A stretch of DNA of 64,000 nucleotides from an uncultured delta proteobacterium (GCA_963803435.1 CAWDML010000008.1:480001-544000), one strand, 5' to 3'. Positions 18,611 to 30,311 are shown, numbered from the stretch's first letter. Notes: a model not told the origin generated them from the letters alone. Numbers and translations: made by a program.

Positions 18611-20159
18611 GGAGCGCACCCTCCGCGATCTCGCCCTTCACCGTCATCTTCGCGAACGCCGCCCCTCCCGAGCCGAGCGCCGCGAAGGTCGGTCCCAGCA
18701 CCTCCTGGGCCTCGCTCCAGGGGGCCTCGGCGTCATGCTCGAGCGCGTGCGCGTAGAACCCGTTGAGGAAGCCCGCCGCCCGATCGAGATCGAGGTACAC
18801 GCCCCCGCCGTCGCCTGCGAGGTCGACGCCGTGCCTGTCGGCCAGCGAGGGCGCCTGGCCGGTGCCGGCCGCGAGCGCGCTGCGCAGGCGCTCGGGATCG
18901 AGCCCGATCAACAGCGCGTCCTTCGTGATCGCGGCCGAGGGTCCTCCGGCATCGAGGAGGATCGCGCCGCCGTATGGCTCGAGCACGCTCCGCGCCGGCG
19001 TCTTGCCCGAGAGGTCCGCCAGCAGCTGGCGCACCTGGGGCTCGAGCACATCGGGAGCGGAGGTATGCGCGAAGACGATCAGACCCGCAGGCGTGGCCGG
19101 CGACTCCCCTTGCGCGGCCGCCCCGAGGATCACGGCGACCCCGGGGGACAGCGCGCTCGCGAGGGGCTTCTCCTTCGCGATGTCGCCCAGCCGGTCCTCG
19201 AGAGCCGCCAGCATCGCGTCCGAGGGGGACGCGTCGCTCGCCGCCGCGAGGAACGACGCCTCCGGAGCGTAGCGCAGAAGCGCTGCCGCGGTCGCAGATC
19301 GATGGGAGCGGCGCCGCATGATCACCGGCCCCGCGGGATCGGTCACGAGAGACATTCCGATCGCGTCGACGCCGAAGAGCTGGAGCGCCGATCGCTCGGG
19401 CGCCCGTGCGACCACGTGGATCCCGGGGGTACTCGGCGGTGGAAAGAGCGGCTCCTTCGAGGCGGGATCATCGCCGTCCTTCATCGCCAGCGCCACGGCG
19501 CGCGAGACCAGGTCGGCGTCGTTCCCGGCGATGAGGAGGTTCTCGAAGACCGCGAAGAGGATGGTCTCGTCGCGGAAGGCCAGCGTGCGCAGCTCGACCC
19601 CGCTGACCTCTCTCCGGCTCTCCTTCGGGAGCGGCTCCTGGCTGATCATCGCGAAGGCGGCGGCGAAACGGAGGATGTCGCCCTCGGTGGGGTCGATCGA
19701 CTTCACCAGGAGCACGGCCGGTGGACCGTCCTCCGAGAAGCGCAGCCCGGCGGCGGTCGGCCCCCTCCAGAGCGCGGCTCGGCCGTCGTTGGTCCCGGTG
19801 AGCGCGGCGGCCTGCGCGGCCTGGTGCTGCAGGCCGTCGAGCGCGAGATAGGCGCGCGACATCCGCAGCTCGCGGAAGAGCGGAGTCTCCATCAGCCGCT
19901 TCGCGTACGGTTGCTTGACCGCCCATGCGCGCCACGCCTCCGGGTCGGGGCTGGCCGCGATCAGGTCGAGATCGTTTGGGACGGCGGCGAGCGGAGCGTC
20001 GACCTTCGCCTTTTTTCGATCCGCGAAGAGAAGCTTGAAGATCTCCTCGGCGCTCGAGGGCAGCGACGAGACGACGCCCTTCTTCTCCTCACCACATCGG
20101 CAGGCGACGGCGCTCGCGGTCACGATCGCGCAGCCGGCCAGGATCCACTTGGCTTTCAT
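18591..20159 (-). CDS. Exported or lipoprotein of unknown function, first gene of the A2M operon (YfaA position)
   Basis: ATG MKAKWILAGCAIVTASAVAC; 522 aa; stop overlaps the start of the DUF1175 gene. Confidence 0.6.
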   Translation of the reverse strand: MKAKWILAGCAIVTASAVACRCGEEKKGVVSSLPSSAEEIFKLLFADRKKAKVDAPLAAVPNDLDLIAASPDPEAWRAWAVKQPYAKRLMETPLFRELRMSRAYLALDGLQHQAAQAAALTGTNDGRAALWRGPTAAGLRFSEDGPPAVLLVKSIDPTEGDILRFAAAFAMISQEPLPKESRREVSGVELRTLAFRDETILFAVFENLLIAGNDADLVSRAVALAMKDGDDPASKEPLFPPPSTPGIHVVARAPERSALQLFGVDAIGMSLVTDPAGPVIMRRRSHRSATAAALLRYAPEASFLAAASDASPSDAMLAALEDRLGDIAKEKPLASALSPGVAVILGAAAQGESPATPAGLIVFAHTSAPDVLEPQVRQLLADLSGKTPARSVLEPYGGAILLDAGGPSAAITKDALLIGLDPERLRSALAAGTGQAPSLADRHGVDLAGDGGGVYLDLDRAAGFLNGFYAHALEHDAEAPWSEAQEVLGPTFAALGSGGAAFAKMTVKGEIAEGALHAIASP

Positions 20160-20247
20160 GAGCTTCCCCCGCGGCCGTGTACGACGGATCGGAGCGGCGA
20201 TCGAGCCCCGGTGCGGCGGCATTACCGATCGGGTATGTTCCCGCACC

Positions 20248-20997
20248 GTGACGATCGGCGTGCTGCTCTCGGCTCTGTTGCTTTCTTCGCCCACGGTGAA
20301 GATCGAGACGCCGGCTTCCGGATGGACGACCGAGCGTGTGATCACGGTGACCGGCCAGGCGACCGACGCCACCGAGCTGGGCGTGCTCACCGTGAACGGC
20401 GTGGAGCGCCCGCTCCCCCTCGCCGGCGGACATTTCACCGCCACCTTCGCCCTGGGACGCGGCGAGAACGCGATCGAGGCGATCGCTTTTGCGAAGGACG
20501 GAAAGAGCCCACCGGCCCGCGATCGCATCGCGCTCTACGCGGAGATCCCGCGCGTCGATCTGCAGGTGCTCCTGTTCTGGGACACCGACGGTACCGACGT
20601 CGATCTCCACGTCACTGAGCCGAGCGGCGAGATCGTCAACTACACGCACCCGGTGAGCAGCACCACCGGAGGTCGCCTCGACCGCGACGACACCGACGGA
20701 TACGGGCCCGAGATCTTCTCACTCGGCGCGGCGCCCGCAGGCGTCTACGAGATCGCGGCGCACTACTACGGCGATCGTGGAACGGGACAGACCTCGGCCA
20801 CCGTGATGGTGGTGGCGCGGGAGGGCACCGACGAGGAGCGTCGCTGGCGTTTCGAAGTGCCGCTGACGCGCGCCGGTGAGAAGGCGGTGCTCGCGACGAT
20901 CGACCTTCCGCCGCCCGGCATGAGCTTCGATCGCGATCCCAAGCGAAAGGGCGAGACCGAGACGATCAAGGACGCCCCCATCCCGCACGGGCAGTAG
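20248..20997 (+). CDS. YfaP/DUF2135-family protein
   Basis: Signal-like start; L.WDTDGTDVDLHVTEPSGE, LDRDDTDGYGPE and G.Y....HYYG. Confidence 0.8.
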   Translation: MTIGVLLSALLLSSPTVKIETPASGWTTERVITVTGQATDATELGVLTVNGVERPLPLAGGHFTATFALGRGENAIEAIAFAKDGKSPPARDRIALYAEIPRVDLQVLLFWDTDGTDVDLHVTEPSGEIVNYTHPVSSTTGGRLDRDDTDGYGPEIFSLGAAPAGVYEIAAHYYGDRGTGQTSATVMVVAREGTDEERRWRFEVPLTRAGEKAVLATIDLPPPGMSFDRDPKRKGETETIKDAPIPHGQ

Positions 20998-21000
20998 CCG

Positions 21001-21339
21001 TCAGAGGCGGATCATCTTCACCGCGCGGACCAACCGATCCCGCAGCTCCGCCTTCTTCGCCTGGTACTGATACACGCCCCGCTTGGCTCCGGTCGGCCAG
21101 CGGTGCTGGAGCGCCCCCAGCCACTTCCCGACCTCGACGACCTGCCGGTAGCTCGACAGCAACGCGCGCGCGATCTTGCGGAGCTCCGCCAGATCGCTGT
21201 CGAAGGGGAACGGTGCCTGAGACCAGTCGCGGCAGTGCGTGTGTTCGCCGTCGGGGTGTTCGGTCACCCAGAACGGCGCCTCGAGGAGCGGGCGGCCGCA
21301 GACCAGACACCGGCCGGCGGGCGGGGGTGGGTGGTGCAC
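21001..21339 (-). CDS. Small hypothetical protein with a CxxC...HxxC motif, probably LexA-regulated
   Basis: GTG at 21339 lies 7 nt after a -10 box; 112 aa; CLVC...HTHC followed by a basic helical region. Confidence 0.6.
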   Translation of the reverse strand: MHHPPPPAGRCLVCGRPLLEAPFWVTEHPDGEHTHCRDWSQAPFPFDSDLAELRKIARALLSSYRQVVEVGKWLGALQHRWPTGAKRGVYQYQAKKAELRDRLVRAVKMIRL

Positions 21340-21346
21340 TCGATCC

Positions 21347-21374
21347 AAGATAGACTGAACGTATGTACAGTCAA
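21347..21374 (-). promoter_or_regulatory. Sigma70-type promoter containing a Myxococcus-type LexA box
   Basis: Minus strand reads TTGACT-16 nt-TATCTT. The overlapping CTGTACATACGTTCAG (21355-21370) matches the first 16 positions of the M. xanthus LexA consensus CTRHAMRYBYGTTCAGS with one mismatch. Confidence 0.75.
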
Positions 21375-22282
21375 GGCGGTGGAAGACCCGGTCGAGTTTT
21401 TTGAAGGATCTCCTCGGGATCCACGTGGACACCGTTCTTGCGAAGCTCGAAGTGGAGGTGCGGGCCGGTGGAGCGCCCGGTGCTCCCGACCAGGCCGACC
21501 GGCGTCCCGGCGGCCACGTGCGCGCGGTTTGCCACCAGGAGCTCGGCCAGGTGGCCGTAGATGCTGACCCAGCCATCGGGGTGCCGGACGATCACGGTGT
21601 TGCCGGTGCCGGAGAGCCATCCTGCGAACGAGACGCGCCCGGGCGCCGCCGCGTAGACGACCTCGCCGGTGACGCCGGCGAGATCGACACCTGCGTGGAA
21701 ACGGATCGCGCCCTCGTCGAGGATCGGATCCTGGCGATCGCCGAAGGGGCTGGTGATGAGCACGGGCGTGATGGGCCAGCGGAACGCGATCGGCGCGCGC
21801 TTTTCGATCGTCGGGCTGTCGGGAGAGCGAAGGTGGATGCGGATTTGCCGCCGCACGCCCTCGTAGGCGGTTCGGATGTACGCGGGCGCTGGACCGTACC
21901 GCGCCGTCGTCAGATCGAGCTCCGATTCCAGCGCAACGTTGGTCCGCAGCAGGAGCGGCCCCGGAAAGTCCCCCGGTGCTCGATCGAAGGCCTCGTCGAG
22001 GAACAGCACGAGCGCGCTCCAGACGGACCGCATTCGCTCGGGCCAGAAGCGCTTCCGGGTCGAGACCACCTCGGTCTCTGCGACCTGCCGCCGCTCCGCC
22101 ATGAACTGAACCATGTGCAGATCGACCTCGGTCGCCAGCTCGGGATCCCGCGGGAAGGCCGGCGGCCGGCGAGGTCCCCCCGGCCGCGGGGGCCGCGCGG
22201 CCACCTCCACCGGTGTCAGGTCGGCCTCGTGAACCGGCGCGGCGCACCCCACGAGAGCGAGCAGCACCAGACCCCGGACCAC
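21371..22282 (-). CDS. M23-family metallopeptidase lipoprotein
   Basis: Lipobox LVGC; HAGVD, YGHL and GRSTGPHLHFE. Confidence 0.9.
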   Translation of the reverse strand: MVRGLVLLALVGCAAPVHEADLTPVEVAARPPRPGGPRRPPAFPRDPELATEVDLHMVQFMAERRQVAETEVVSTRKRFWPERMRSVWSALVLFLDEAFDRAPGDFPGPLLLRTNVALESELDLTTARYGPAPAYIRTAYEGVRRQIRIHLRSPDSPTIEKRAPIAFRWPITPVLITSPFGDRQDPILDEGAIRFHAGVDLAGVTGEVVYAAAPGRVSFAGWLSGTGNTVIVRHPDGWVSIYGHLAELLVANRAHVAAGTPVGLVGSTGRSTGPHLHFELRKNGVHVDPEEILQKTRPGLPPP

Positions 22283-22326
22283 GGCCTACTATCGCGTTGC
22301 CCAGGGATCAGGTCCACGCCCGGGGC

Positions 22327-23649
22327 TCAAGGCTGCAGCGCGATGCCCACCGGGATGTTCTCCGAGTCGACGCCGAGGTCCGTCATCCCCACGACCGTCG
22401 CCGAGCCTGGGCCGGCAATCCGCACGATCGCGACGTTTGGCTGCCCGTTCCCGTCGGTGCTCGTCACGAAGACCCAGTCCGTGAGCGGGCCCCGCCGGAC
22501 CGCGGCCATCCCCTCGGCGAGGCCGATGCCGCTCAGGCGATCGACCTCGACGAACCCGGCGCCCTCATCCGCCAGCACGGCGACCTGCCCCGGGGTGAGG
22601 AGCGAGACCAGCGCGGTGGAGCCGTCGGTGGAGAACAGGGCTTCGCGGGCATCCTCGAGGTTCATCAGCCGTCCGGTCTCGGTGAGCGCGTTCCCGGAGA
22701 TCGACACCACCGAGACCTCGTTTCCGTCGTTCGAGAACGGAAATCCGTTCGGGATCAGGAGTGTGGAGCCGTCGGGCGAGACGGCAATCCGCAGCGCGTC
22801 GACGAAGTCGGTGAAGACGTCGAAGGCGTCGAGCTGCGTCCACCCGACGCGCGACGTGTACGAGAGCAGTCGGACGTCATCCTCGTCGATCGGCGCGAAC
22901 GCGGTCTGACCGCCGAGCAGGATCGCGCGAGAGCCGCCAGGGAGAAATGCCAGCGAGGCGGACAGACGGACGTTGAAGAACTCGCTCGGCCTCTCGGTCA
23001 GGCTGCCGTCGCAGCCCAGCTCGACGGTGGAGATGCCGCTGCTGGCGGCGACGTCGAAACCGACCACGAACACCGTCCGTCCGTCCTCCCAGAAGTGGAG
23101 GTCGCCGTAACCCGCAGCCGGGAGCGATATCGTGTCGACCACGCTCATCGCTTGCACGCCGGCGACGAGGACCGACGCCAGCTCACCGTTCTCACCGAGC
23201 ACCAGCGCGTACTGGCCGTTGGGCGTGAACTCGATGCGGATCGGACGGAAGCCCACCGACAGCCGCATGCCATCGTCGATGAGCGCGCCGGAGGAAGCGA
23301 GCGTGAGCGAGCGGATCTCGGTGCCATCCACGCTCGGGTTGGCGGTGAACGGCTGGCCCACGACCAGCACGCGATCGCGATCGGCGGCGCCGGGGAGGGC
23401 CAGCTCGCACGGGGTCCCGCCGTCCGGGGAGACGCCCGCGTCCTCTGTCCCGCCGTCCTCGATCGCCGCGTCCCCCGGCGCCGCGTCGGCGGCCGCGGCG
23501 TCGGGGAAGAGCCCGGAGTCCGAGAGCACGCCGGAGTCGAGCCGGAACCGGATCTCGCCGCCGTCGCTGCCGCTGTCCGGCACGATCCCAATCGGATCGG
23601 CCTCGCAGGCGGCGAGCAGGAGGAGGAGAGCGACACATCCCGAGCGCAT
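22327..23649 (-). CDS. Lipoprotein, probable beta-propeller
   Basis: Lipobox LAAC; DAG/DGG-rich linker; repeated FTPNG, VSPDG and FSTDG blade motifs. Confidence 0.65.
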   Translation of the reverse strand: MRSGCVALLLLLAACEADPIGIVPDSGSDGGEIRFRLDSGVLSDSGLFPDAAAADAAPGDAAIEDGGTEDAGVSPDGGTPCELALPGAADRDRVLVVGQPFTANPSVDGTEIRSLTLASSGALIDDGMRLSVGFRPIRIEFTPNGQYALVLGENGELASVLVAGVQAMSVVDTISLPAAGYGDLHFWEDGRTVFVVGFDVAASSGISTVELGCDGSLTERPSEFFNVRLSASLAFLPGGSRAILLGGQTAFAPIDEDDVRLLSYTSRVGWTQLDAFDVFTDFVDALRIAVSPDGSTLLIPNGFPFSNDGNEVSVVSISGNALTETGRLMNLEDAREALFSTDGSTALVSLLTPGQVAVLADEGAGFVEVDRLSGIGLAEGMAAVRRGPLTDWVFVTSTDGNGQPNVAIVRIAGPGSATVVGMTDLGVDSENIPVGIALQP

Positions 23650-23796
23650 CGGCGGACCCTTGCGAGCCGGCGCAGGATTCGCAACGGGCCCGCGGCGCGG
23701 TTTGGGAACCAGCCCTCAATCAGCGCTTCGACCGAGTTCGAGACTCCACGCAAGCTTCCCCCCGAAACCCGCCAGGGAGGCCACCGATAACGTCGC

Positions 23797-24258
23797 ATGG
23801 TGTCCAGCACAGCTTCTCGCCCCGACCCTGTCGGCGCCTACCTCGACGGCATCGCGCGCGCCCGGTCCTGGAGGGCCGGCGTCTTCGAGGCGATGCAGGA
23901 GGCCGTCTCCCGCAACCCTTACGGCGTGCTCAAGGCTGTGAACGAGACCTTCCGCGAGGATCGCGCCACCCCTTCGCGCCAGCAGATGCTCAAGTACGGC
24001 GGCACCACCAATCGGATCGGCCGCGGGTCGGTCATCAAGAACACGCACAACGCCGCGTGGGGCGCGATCTTCGGCGCGACCGGCCTGCGCGTCCCCGTTC
24101 GCGATCTGCTGGACGTCGTCACCAAGGCAGGCGCGGAGATCGACGAGGCCTTCCAGTTCGCGACGGCGACCTGGACCACCAGCTCCGGAGATGAGGTCAC
24201 CGGCGCCGTCTTCAACTGGGATCGGTGGAACGGGAAGAAGTGGGTCCCGGACGAGTAG
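23797..24258 (+). CDS. Hypothetical protein (153 aa)
   Basis: ATG start, high GC3, fills the gap between minus-strand genes; no family recognised. Confidence 0.6.
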   Translation: MVSSTASRPDPVGAYLDGIARARSWRAGVFEAMQEAVSRNPYGVLKAVNETFREDRATPSRQQMLKYGGTTNRIGRGSVIKNTHNAAWGAIFGATGLRVPVRDLLDVVTKAGAEIDEAFQFATATWTTSSGDEVTGAVFNWDRWNGKKWVPDE

Positions 24259-24285
24259 CTCGCGATGACCTCCGTGGTGGAGGTC

Positions 24286-24866
24286 TCAGATGGGCTCGAG
24301 CTCCAGGATCGGATCGCCGGCTGCCAGGTCGTCGCCGTCCGCCGGCACCACGCGGACCACGCGCGCGCGCGGCGGCTGCCCGCCGCCGCCGTAGGTGATC
24401 CGGTTGAACGTCTTCATCACCTCGAGCAGACAGATCGTCTGGCCTGGACCGAGCTCGTCACCTTCGCTGACGAAGGCCGGCTTGTCAGGCGCGGTCCGGC
24501 GGTAGAAGCGCCCGCTCATCGGCGCGGCGAACACCATCCCCGCGGCGCGGTGCACGGCTGCGCTCTCGGCTTCGAGCTCCGCGATCTGTCCGGCCGTTTC
24601 GGGATCGAGCAGCACCAACAGATCGCCGTATCCGACCGACCGCCGGGCTCGCAGCGGATCCGCTGTTTCTACCACGATCCCGACCGCGCTCTCCGGCACG
24701 ATCAGATCCGACACCACGCCGAGCACCTCGAGCGCGCCGGCCCTCATCCCCGGCCGGAGCAGCGCCCCCTCGAGCGGCGCCTCTCGAAAGAGCCCCACGC
24801 CCGGCGCGCGAACCTCGATGCGGCCGTCGCTGCGCTTCTTGATCAATGCGCTGATCGACGCCCGCA

Positions 24867-24870
<4 letters not shown>
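24286..24870 (-). CDS. Biotin carboxyl carrier protein
   Basis: APMSGRFY...EVMKTFN biotinylation motif. Confidence 0.85.
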
Positions 24871-26600
<1,730 letters not shown>

Positions 26601-26603
26601 GGG

Positions 26604-27953
26604 CTACTCCTCGACCGGCCACCCGGGGATGGTGCGGTTGTCGTACGCGTTCTCGCGGAAGGCGCGCGAGCGCAGGATGGCGAGGTGCATCGGGATGGTG
26701 GTGGGGATGCCTTCGCACTCGAGCTGCTCGAGCGCGCGGATCATCCGATCGGCCGCGTCGTCACGATCGTCGCCGTGCGCGATCACCTTGGCGATGAGGC
26801 TGTCGTAGAACGGCGGGACCTCGTAGCCCGAGCGGACGTGGGTATCGACGCGAACGCGCGGCTCGGCCGGCAGGGTCCAGGTCGCGATCACACCGGGCGC
26901 CGGCCGGAAGCCCTTCGACGGATCCTCGGCGTTGATCCGGCACTCGATCGCCACCCCCTCGAGCCTGATCCGATCCTGCGTCATCGGAAGGCGGCGACCT
27001 GCGCCGACCTCGATCTGCAGCTGCACCAGATCGAGCCCGCTCCGCATCTCGGAGACCGAATGCTCCACCTGCAAGCGTGTGTTCATCTCCATGAAGCGGA
27101 GCTTGCCGGTGTCGTCGAGGAGGAACTCCATCGTGCCGGCGCCCACGTAGCCGATCGCGCGGGCGGCGCGCACGGCGGCGTCGAGCGTGCGGGCCCGCTC
27201 CTCGGGCGCGAGCAACGGCGCGGGCGACTCCTCGATCAGCTTCTGGTGATTGCGCTGAACGGTGCAGTCGCGCTCGCCCACGTGGAGGACGTGCCCGTAC
27301 TTGTCTGCGATCAGCTGGATCTCGACGTGCCGCCCGCCCTCGATCAGGCGCTCGAGGTAGACGCGGTCGTCGCCGAACGCGGCCAGCGCCTCCGCCTGCG
27401 CCTCGACGAACGCCTTGCTCACCTCGCCGCCGTTGCGCGCGATCCGCATGCCGCGCCCGCCGCCGCCGCTCTCCGCCTTCAGGAGCACCGGGAAGCCCGC
27501 CCGCGTGGCCGCATCCTCGGCGGCCTCGACGCTCTCGAGCACGCCGTCGCTGCCGGGGATCAGCTCGAGCCCGGCGGCGGCCATCGCCTTCTTGGCCGGC
27601 GTCTTCTTCCCCATCAGGTGCATCACCGCCGCCGGCGGGCCGAGAAACGTGATCCCGTGGCTCTCCGCGAGCGCCGCGAAGAGGGCGTTCTCCGAGAGGA
27701 AGCCCCATCCCGGATGGATCGCGGTGCATCCCGACTGCAAGGCAGCCTGCACCACCTTGGCGGCGTCGAGATAGCTCTCCGAAGCGCGCGCCGGACCCAG
27801 CACGACGACCTCGCGCCCCTCGGTGTACGGCGCCTGGCGATCCGCTTCGGAGACGCCGAATACCGGCGTGATACCCATGGAGTCACACGTTCGCGCAATC
27901 CGGGCGGCCACCTCACCCCGATTCGCGACGAACAACCTCTGAAAGCCGCCCAC
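26604..27953 (-). CDS. accC: Biotin carboxylase
   Basis: ANRGEVA, HPGWGFLSEN, GGGGRGMR, RHVEIQ, EMNTRLQVEH, ECRINAED and YDSLIAK. Confidence 0.92.
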   Translation of the reverse strand: MGGFQRLFVANRGEVAARIARTCDSMGITPVFGVSEADRQAPYTEGREVVVLGPARASESYLDAAKVVQAALQSGCTAIHPGWGFLSENALFAALAESHGITFLGPPAAVMHLMGKKTPAKKAMAAAGLELIPGSDGVLESVEAAEDAATRAGFPVLLKAESGGGGRGMRIARNGGEVSKAFVEAQAEALAAFGDDRVYLERLIEGGRHVEIQLIADKYGHVLHVGERDCTVQRNHQKLIEESPAPLLAPEERARTLDAAVRAARAIGYVGAGTMEFLLDDTGKLRFMEMNTRLQVEHSVSEMRSGLDLVQLQIEVGAGRRLPMTQDRIRLEGVAIECRINAEDPSKGFRPAPGVIATWTLPAEPRVRVDTHVRSGYEVPPFYDSLIAKVIAHGDDRDDAADRMIRALEQLECEGIPTTIPMHLAILRSRAFRENAYDNRTIPGWPVEE

Positions 27954-28051
27954 GACGCGCCGGAAGCTACCACAACGCACCGATCGGTGACGTCACCCCC
28001 GAAGACGCGGGTGATTTTCCGGCCGGCATCCCCGATGCAGACCGATCGAGC

Positions 28052-28492
28052 ATGCCGGTGGGTGAGCTCCGGCGCAGCGCGCGCCACGATCTTCGCTTTC
28101 GCGTCGTGTATGACGACGGAGGGAGCTACAGCGTCGGGGTTGTCGACGACCTCTCGGAGAACGGGATGCTGATCGAGACCGCCGAGCTTCTCCCCATCGG
28201 GAAGATCGTCGTGCTGGAGCCGGTCGAGGCGGAGGAGGACGAGCTCTTCGAGCTGCGCGCCCAGGTGGTGCGGCACCTGCGTCCGGACGAGCTGACCCGC
28301 AGCGTCCCCGGCTCCGAGGGCATCCATGGGCTCTCGGGGATGGGCTTGGAGTTCATCGGCCTCGGCACCTCGGGCCACGACCGGATTCAGGACTTGATCG
28401 GTCGTCTCGAGGCCTCGAGGAGGGCGGTCATCCCGCAGGGGGTGGCCGTCGCCGGCGGCGACGCCACATCCAACCCGCCGCACCGGCGATGA
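28052..28492 (+). CDS. PilZ-domain protein
   Basis: RxxxR (RRSAR) and DxSxxG (DLSENG); GMGLEF. Confidence 0.8.
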   Translation: MPVGELRRSARHDLRFRVVYDDGGSYSVGVVDDLSENGMLIETAELLPIGKIVVLEPVEAEEDELFELRAQVVRHLRPDELTRSVPGSEGIHGLSGMGLEFIGLGTSGHDRIQDLIGRLEASRRAVIPQGVAVAGGDATSNPPHRR

Positions 28493-30212
28493 AGCTCGCG
28501 AGCCCCGACGAGGGACGTCCGCCCGCCTCGGTGCACGCGCATCCAACGTCCTCGAGCGCCGGCGTCGTCTCCTCGGGTGGCGGTCCCATCGGATCGGGCT
28601 TCACCGGCGCAGGGTCGGCCAGCTTCGACAGCGGCGGCTGTGACCCGAGGGCCGCCAGCTCGATCGGTCGCGTCTCGAGCACCGGGCCACAGAGGTCGCT
28701 CGGATCGCGCGGCGCGAAGTCGACGGTCAGCGAATATTCGCCCTCTTGCGGGATGAGATCGCTGACGTAGCTGTCGGCGACGAGGAGGTAGCTTCCCGGC
28801 TCGAGCTCGCGGGAGAGGGTGGCGTCGTCGCGGGCCAGGCAGTCGGCCTCGGTGTCCCCAGCGAGCAGGTGGAGGTCGATGTCGACGCCGGGCCCGTCGG
28901 TCACCGAGGCCTCCAGCGTGCCGGCGCGGCAGAGATCGATCCGATAGACCCACTCCCGCCCGTACTCGGGGAGCGCAGGCGCGCAGCCGTACCAGTTGAA
29001 CCAGTTGCTCGGCGCGAGCCGCGTGTCGCGGGTGTCGGAGAAGGGGAAGGCGTCGATGGGGATCGGCGCGGCGCGCCCGCCCTCGAGCGGATCGGGCTCC
29101 GCGGTGAAGTAGGCGTCGAGCGTGTCCCAGAGCTCGGAGTGGTCGCCATCGTAGCCGAGCGCCCACATGCCGACGCCGCCCAGGCCTTGCTCGAGCGCCA
29201 GCTGATACTTGGCCGCCAGGCTCTCCTCGTCCTCGTACCAGCACTGGCGGAAGCCTCCGCCGGCCTGGTAGGCGTACCAGGGGTTCTGGGATTCGGGATC
29301 CCAGCGGCGCAACCTGCCTTGCGCCAGCGCGTCGCGGGCCGCCGCGTAGGTGACGGAGCGGCTGTCGCCGGTGGTGGTCGCGTGGATCTGATCGCTGGTG
29401 GTGGACCAGTCGTTGCCGTAGTACGGCGCGCCCCAGACGATCACGCTGCGGGCCTCCGCCGGGATCTGTGCCGTGTACGACGCGACGGTTCGCTGCATGG
29501 AGATCGAGATGTGCGATCGCCAGTCGTGCGTGATGCGGAACTGCCCCACGGGGCCGGCCTCGCCGCTGCCGCCCCAGTGATAGCCGTAGCCCATGATGAA
29601 GAAGACGTCGGTGTCGGGCGCGAGCGCGGCCAGATCGAAGCTGTCTGTCCAGTCGACGGCGGGCGCAGCGATCGCAATGCCGGCGCCCGGATGGCCGCGC
29701 GCGATCAGGGCCTCGCGCAGCGTGTGGATGAAGCGGGTGAAGCAGTCGCGGGTCCCCGATTGGAGCCCTTCGAAGTCGATGTTGACCCCGTCCGCGCCGG
29801 CCGACTCCATGGCGTCGATCATGTGCGTCACCGCGTTCGCAGTGTTGGCGTCGGAGCAGGTGAGGGTGGTGATCCCGGCTCCACTGAAGAGCGTGAAGCA
29901 GACGTCCGCCTTCAGGCCGAAGTCGTGCGCAGTGTCGACGAAGTTGGTGCTCGGCCAGCCGTGCATCTCGGTGAGCTCGCCCTGGGGCGAGATGCCGACC
30001 GAGAAGTAGGCGATGTGCGTCAGCAGGTCCCAGCGCAGGCGATCGAAGACGTCGACCCAGTACGGGTAGTAACCGTAGACGACGCGGTCCACGCGCGGTG
30101 CTCCCGAAGCGCCCAGGATCCGGGGCAGCGCCACCGGCGGGTCGTCGCGGTGCTGGACCAGCGCCTCCTGGTGGGGCGGCATCGCGAGGAGCAGGACGGG
30201 GACGGGCAGCAC
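28428..30212 (-). CDS. GH18 glycoside hydrolase with a C-terminal beta domain and MYXO-CTERM-like tail
   Basis: DGVNIDFE catalytic motif, IMGY and GGVGMWALG; ends in GCAC, a hydrophobic stretch and RRRRRR. Start approximate. Confidence 0.82.
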   Translation of the reverse strand: MLPVPVLLLAMPPHQEALVQHRDDPPVALPRILGASGAPRVDRVVYGYYPYWVDVFDRLRWDLLTHIAYFSVGISPQGELTEMHGWPSTNFVDTAHDFGLKADVCFTLFSGAGITTLTCSDANTANAVTHMIDAMESAGADGVNIDFEGLQSGTRDCFTRFIHTLREALIARGHPGAGIAIAAPAVDWTDSFDLAALAPDTDVFFIMGYGYHWGGSGEAGPVGQFRITHDWRSHISISMQRTVASYTAQIPAEARSVIVWGAPYYGNDWSTTSDQIHATTTGDSRSVTYAAARDALAQGRLRRWDPESQNPWYAYQAGGGFRQCWYEDEESLAAKYQLALEQGLGGVGMWALGYDGDHSELWDTLDAYFTAEPDPLEGGRAAPIPIDAFPFSDTRDTRLAPSNWFNWYGCAPALPEYGREWVYRIDLCRAGTLEASVTDGPGVDIDLHLLAGDTEADCLARDDATLSRELEPGSYLLVADSYVSDLIPQEGEYSLTVDFAPRDPSDLCGPVLETRPIELAALGSQPPLSKLADPAPVKPDPMGPPPEETTPALEDVGCACTEAGGRPSSGLASFIAGAAGWMWRRRRRRPPPAG

Positions 30213-30260
30213 CGGCGTCGAGCTGACCAAAAGCGGCGCCGGCCGTCCATCGGCCGGGGG

Positions 30261-30276
30261 TTTAACAACCTTTAAC
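30261..30276. promoter_or_regulatory. Candidate regulator site, direct repeat TTTAAC-N4-TTTAAC
   Basis: AT-rich repeat with a 10-bp period between divergent genes in very GC-rich DNA. Confidence 0.3.
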
Positions 30277-30311
30277 TGGGCCTCGCGCGCGCCCTGAAAG
30301 ATAGGTCGAGC

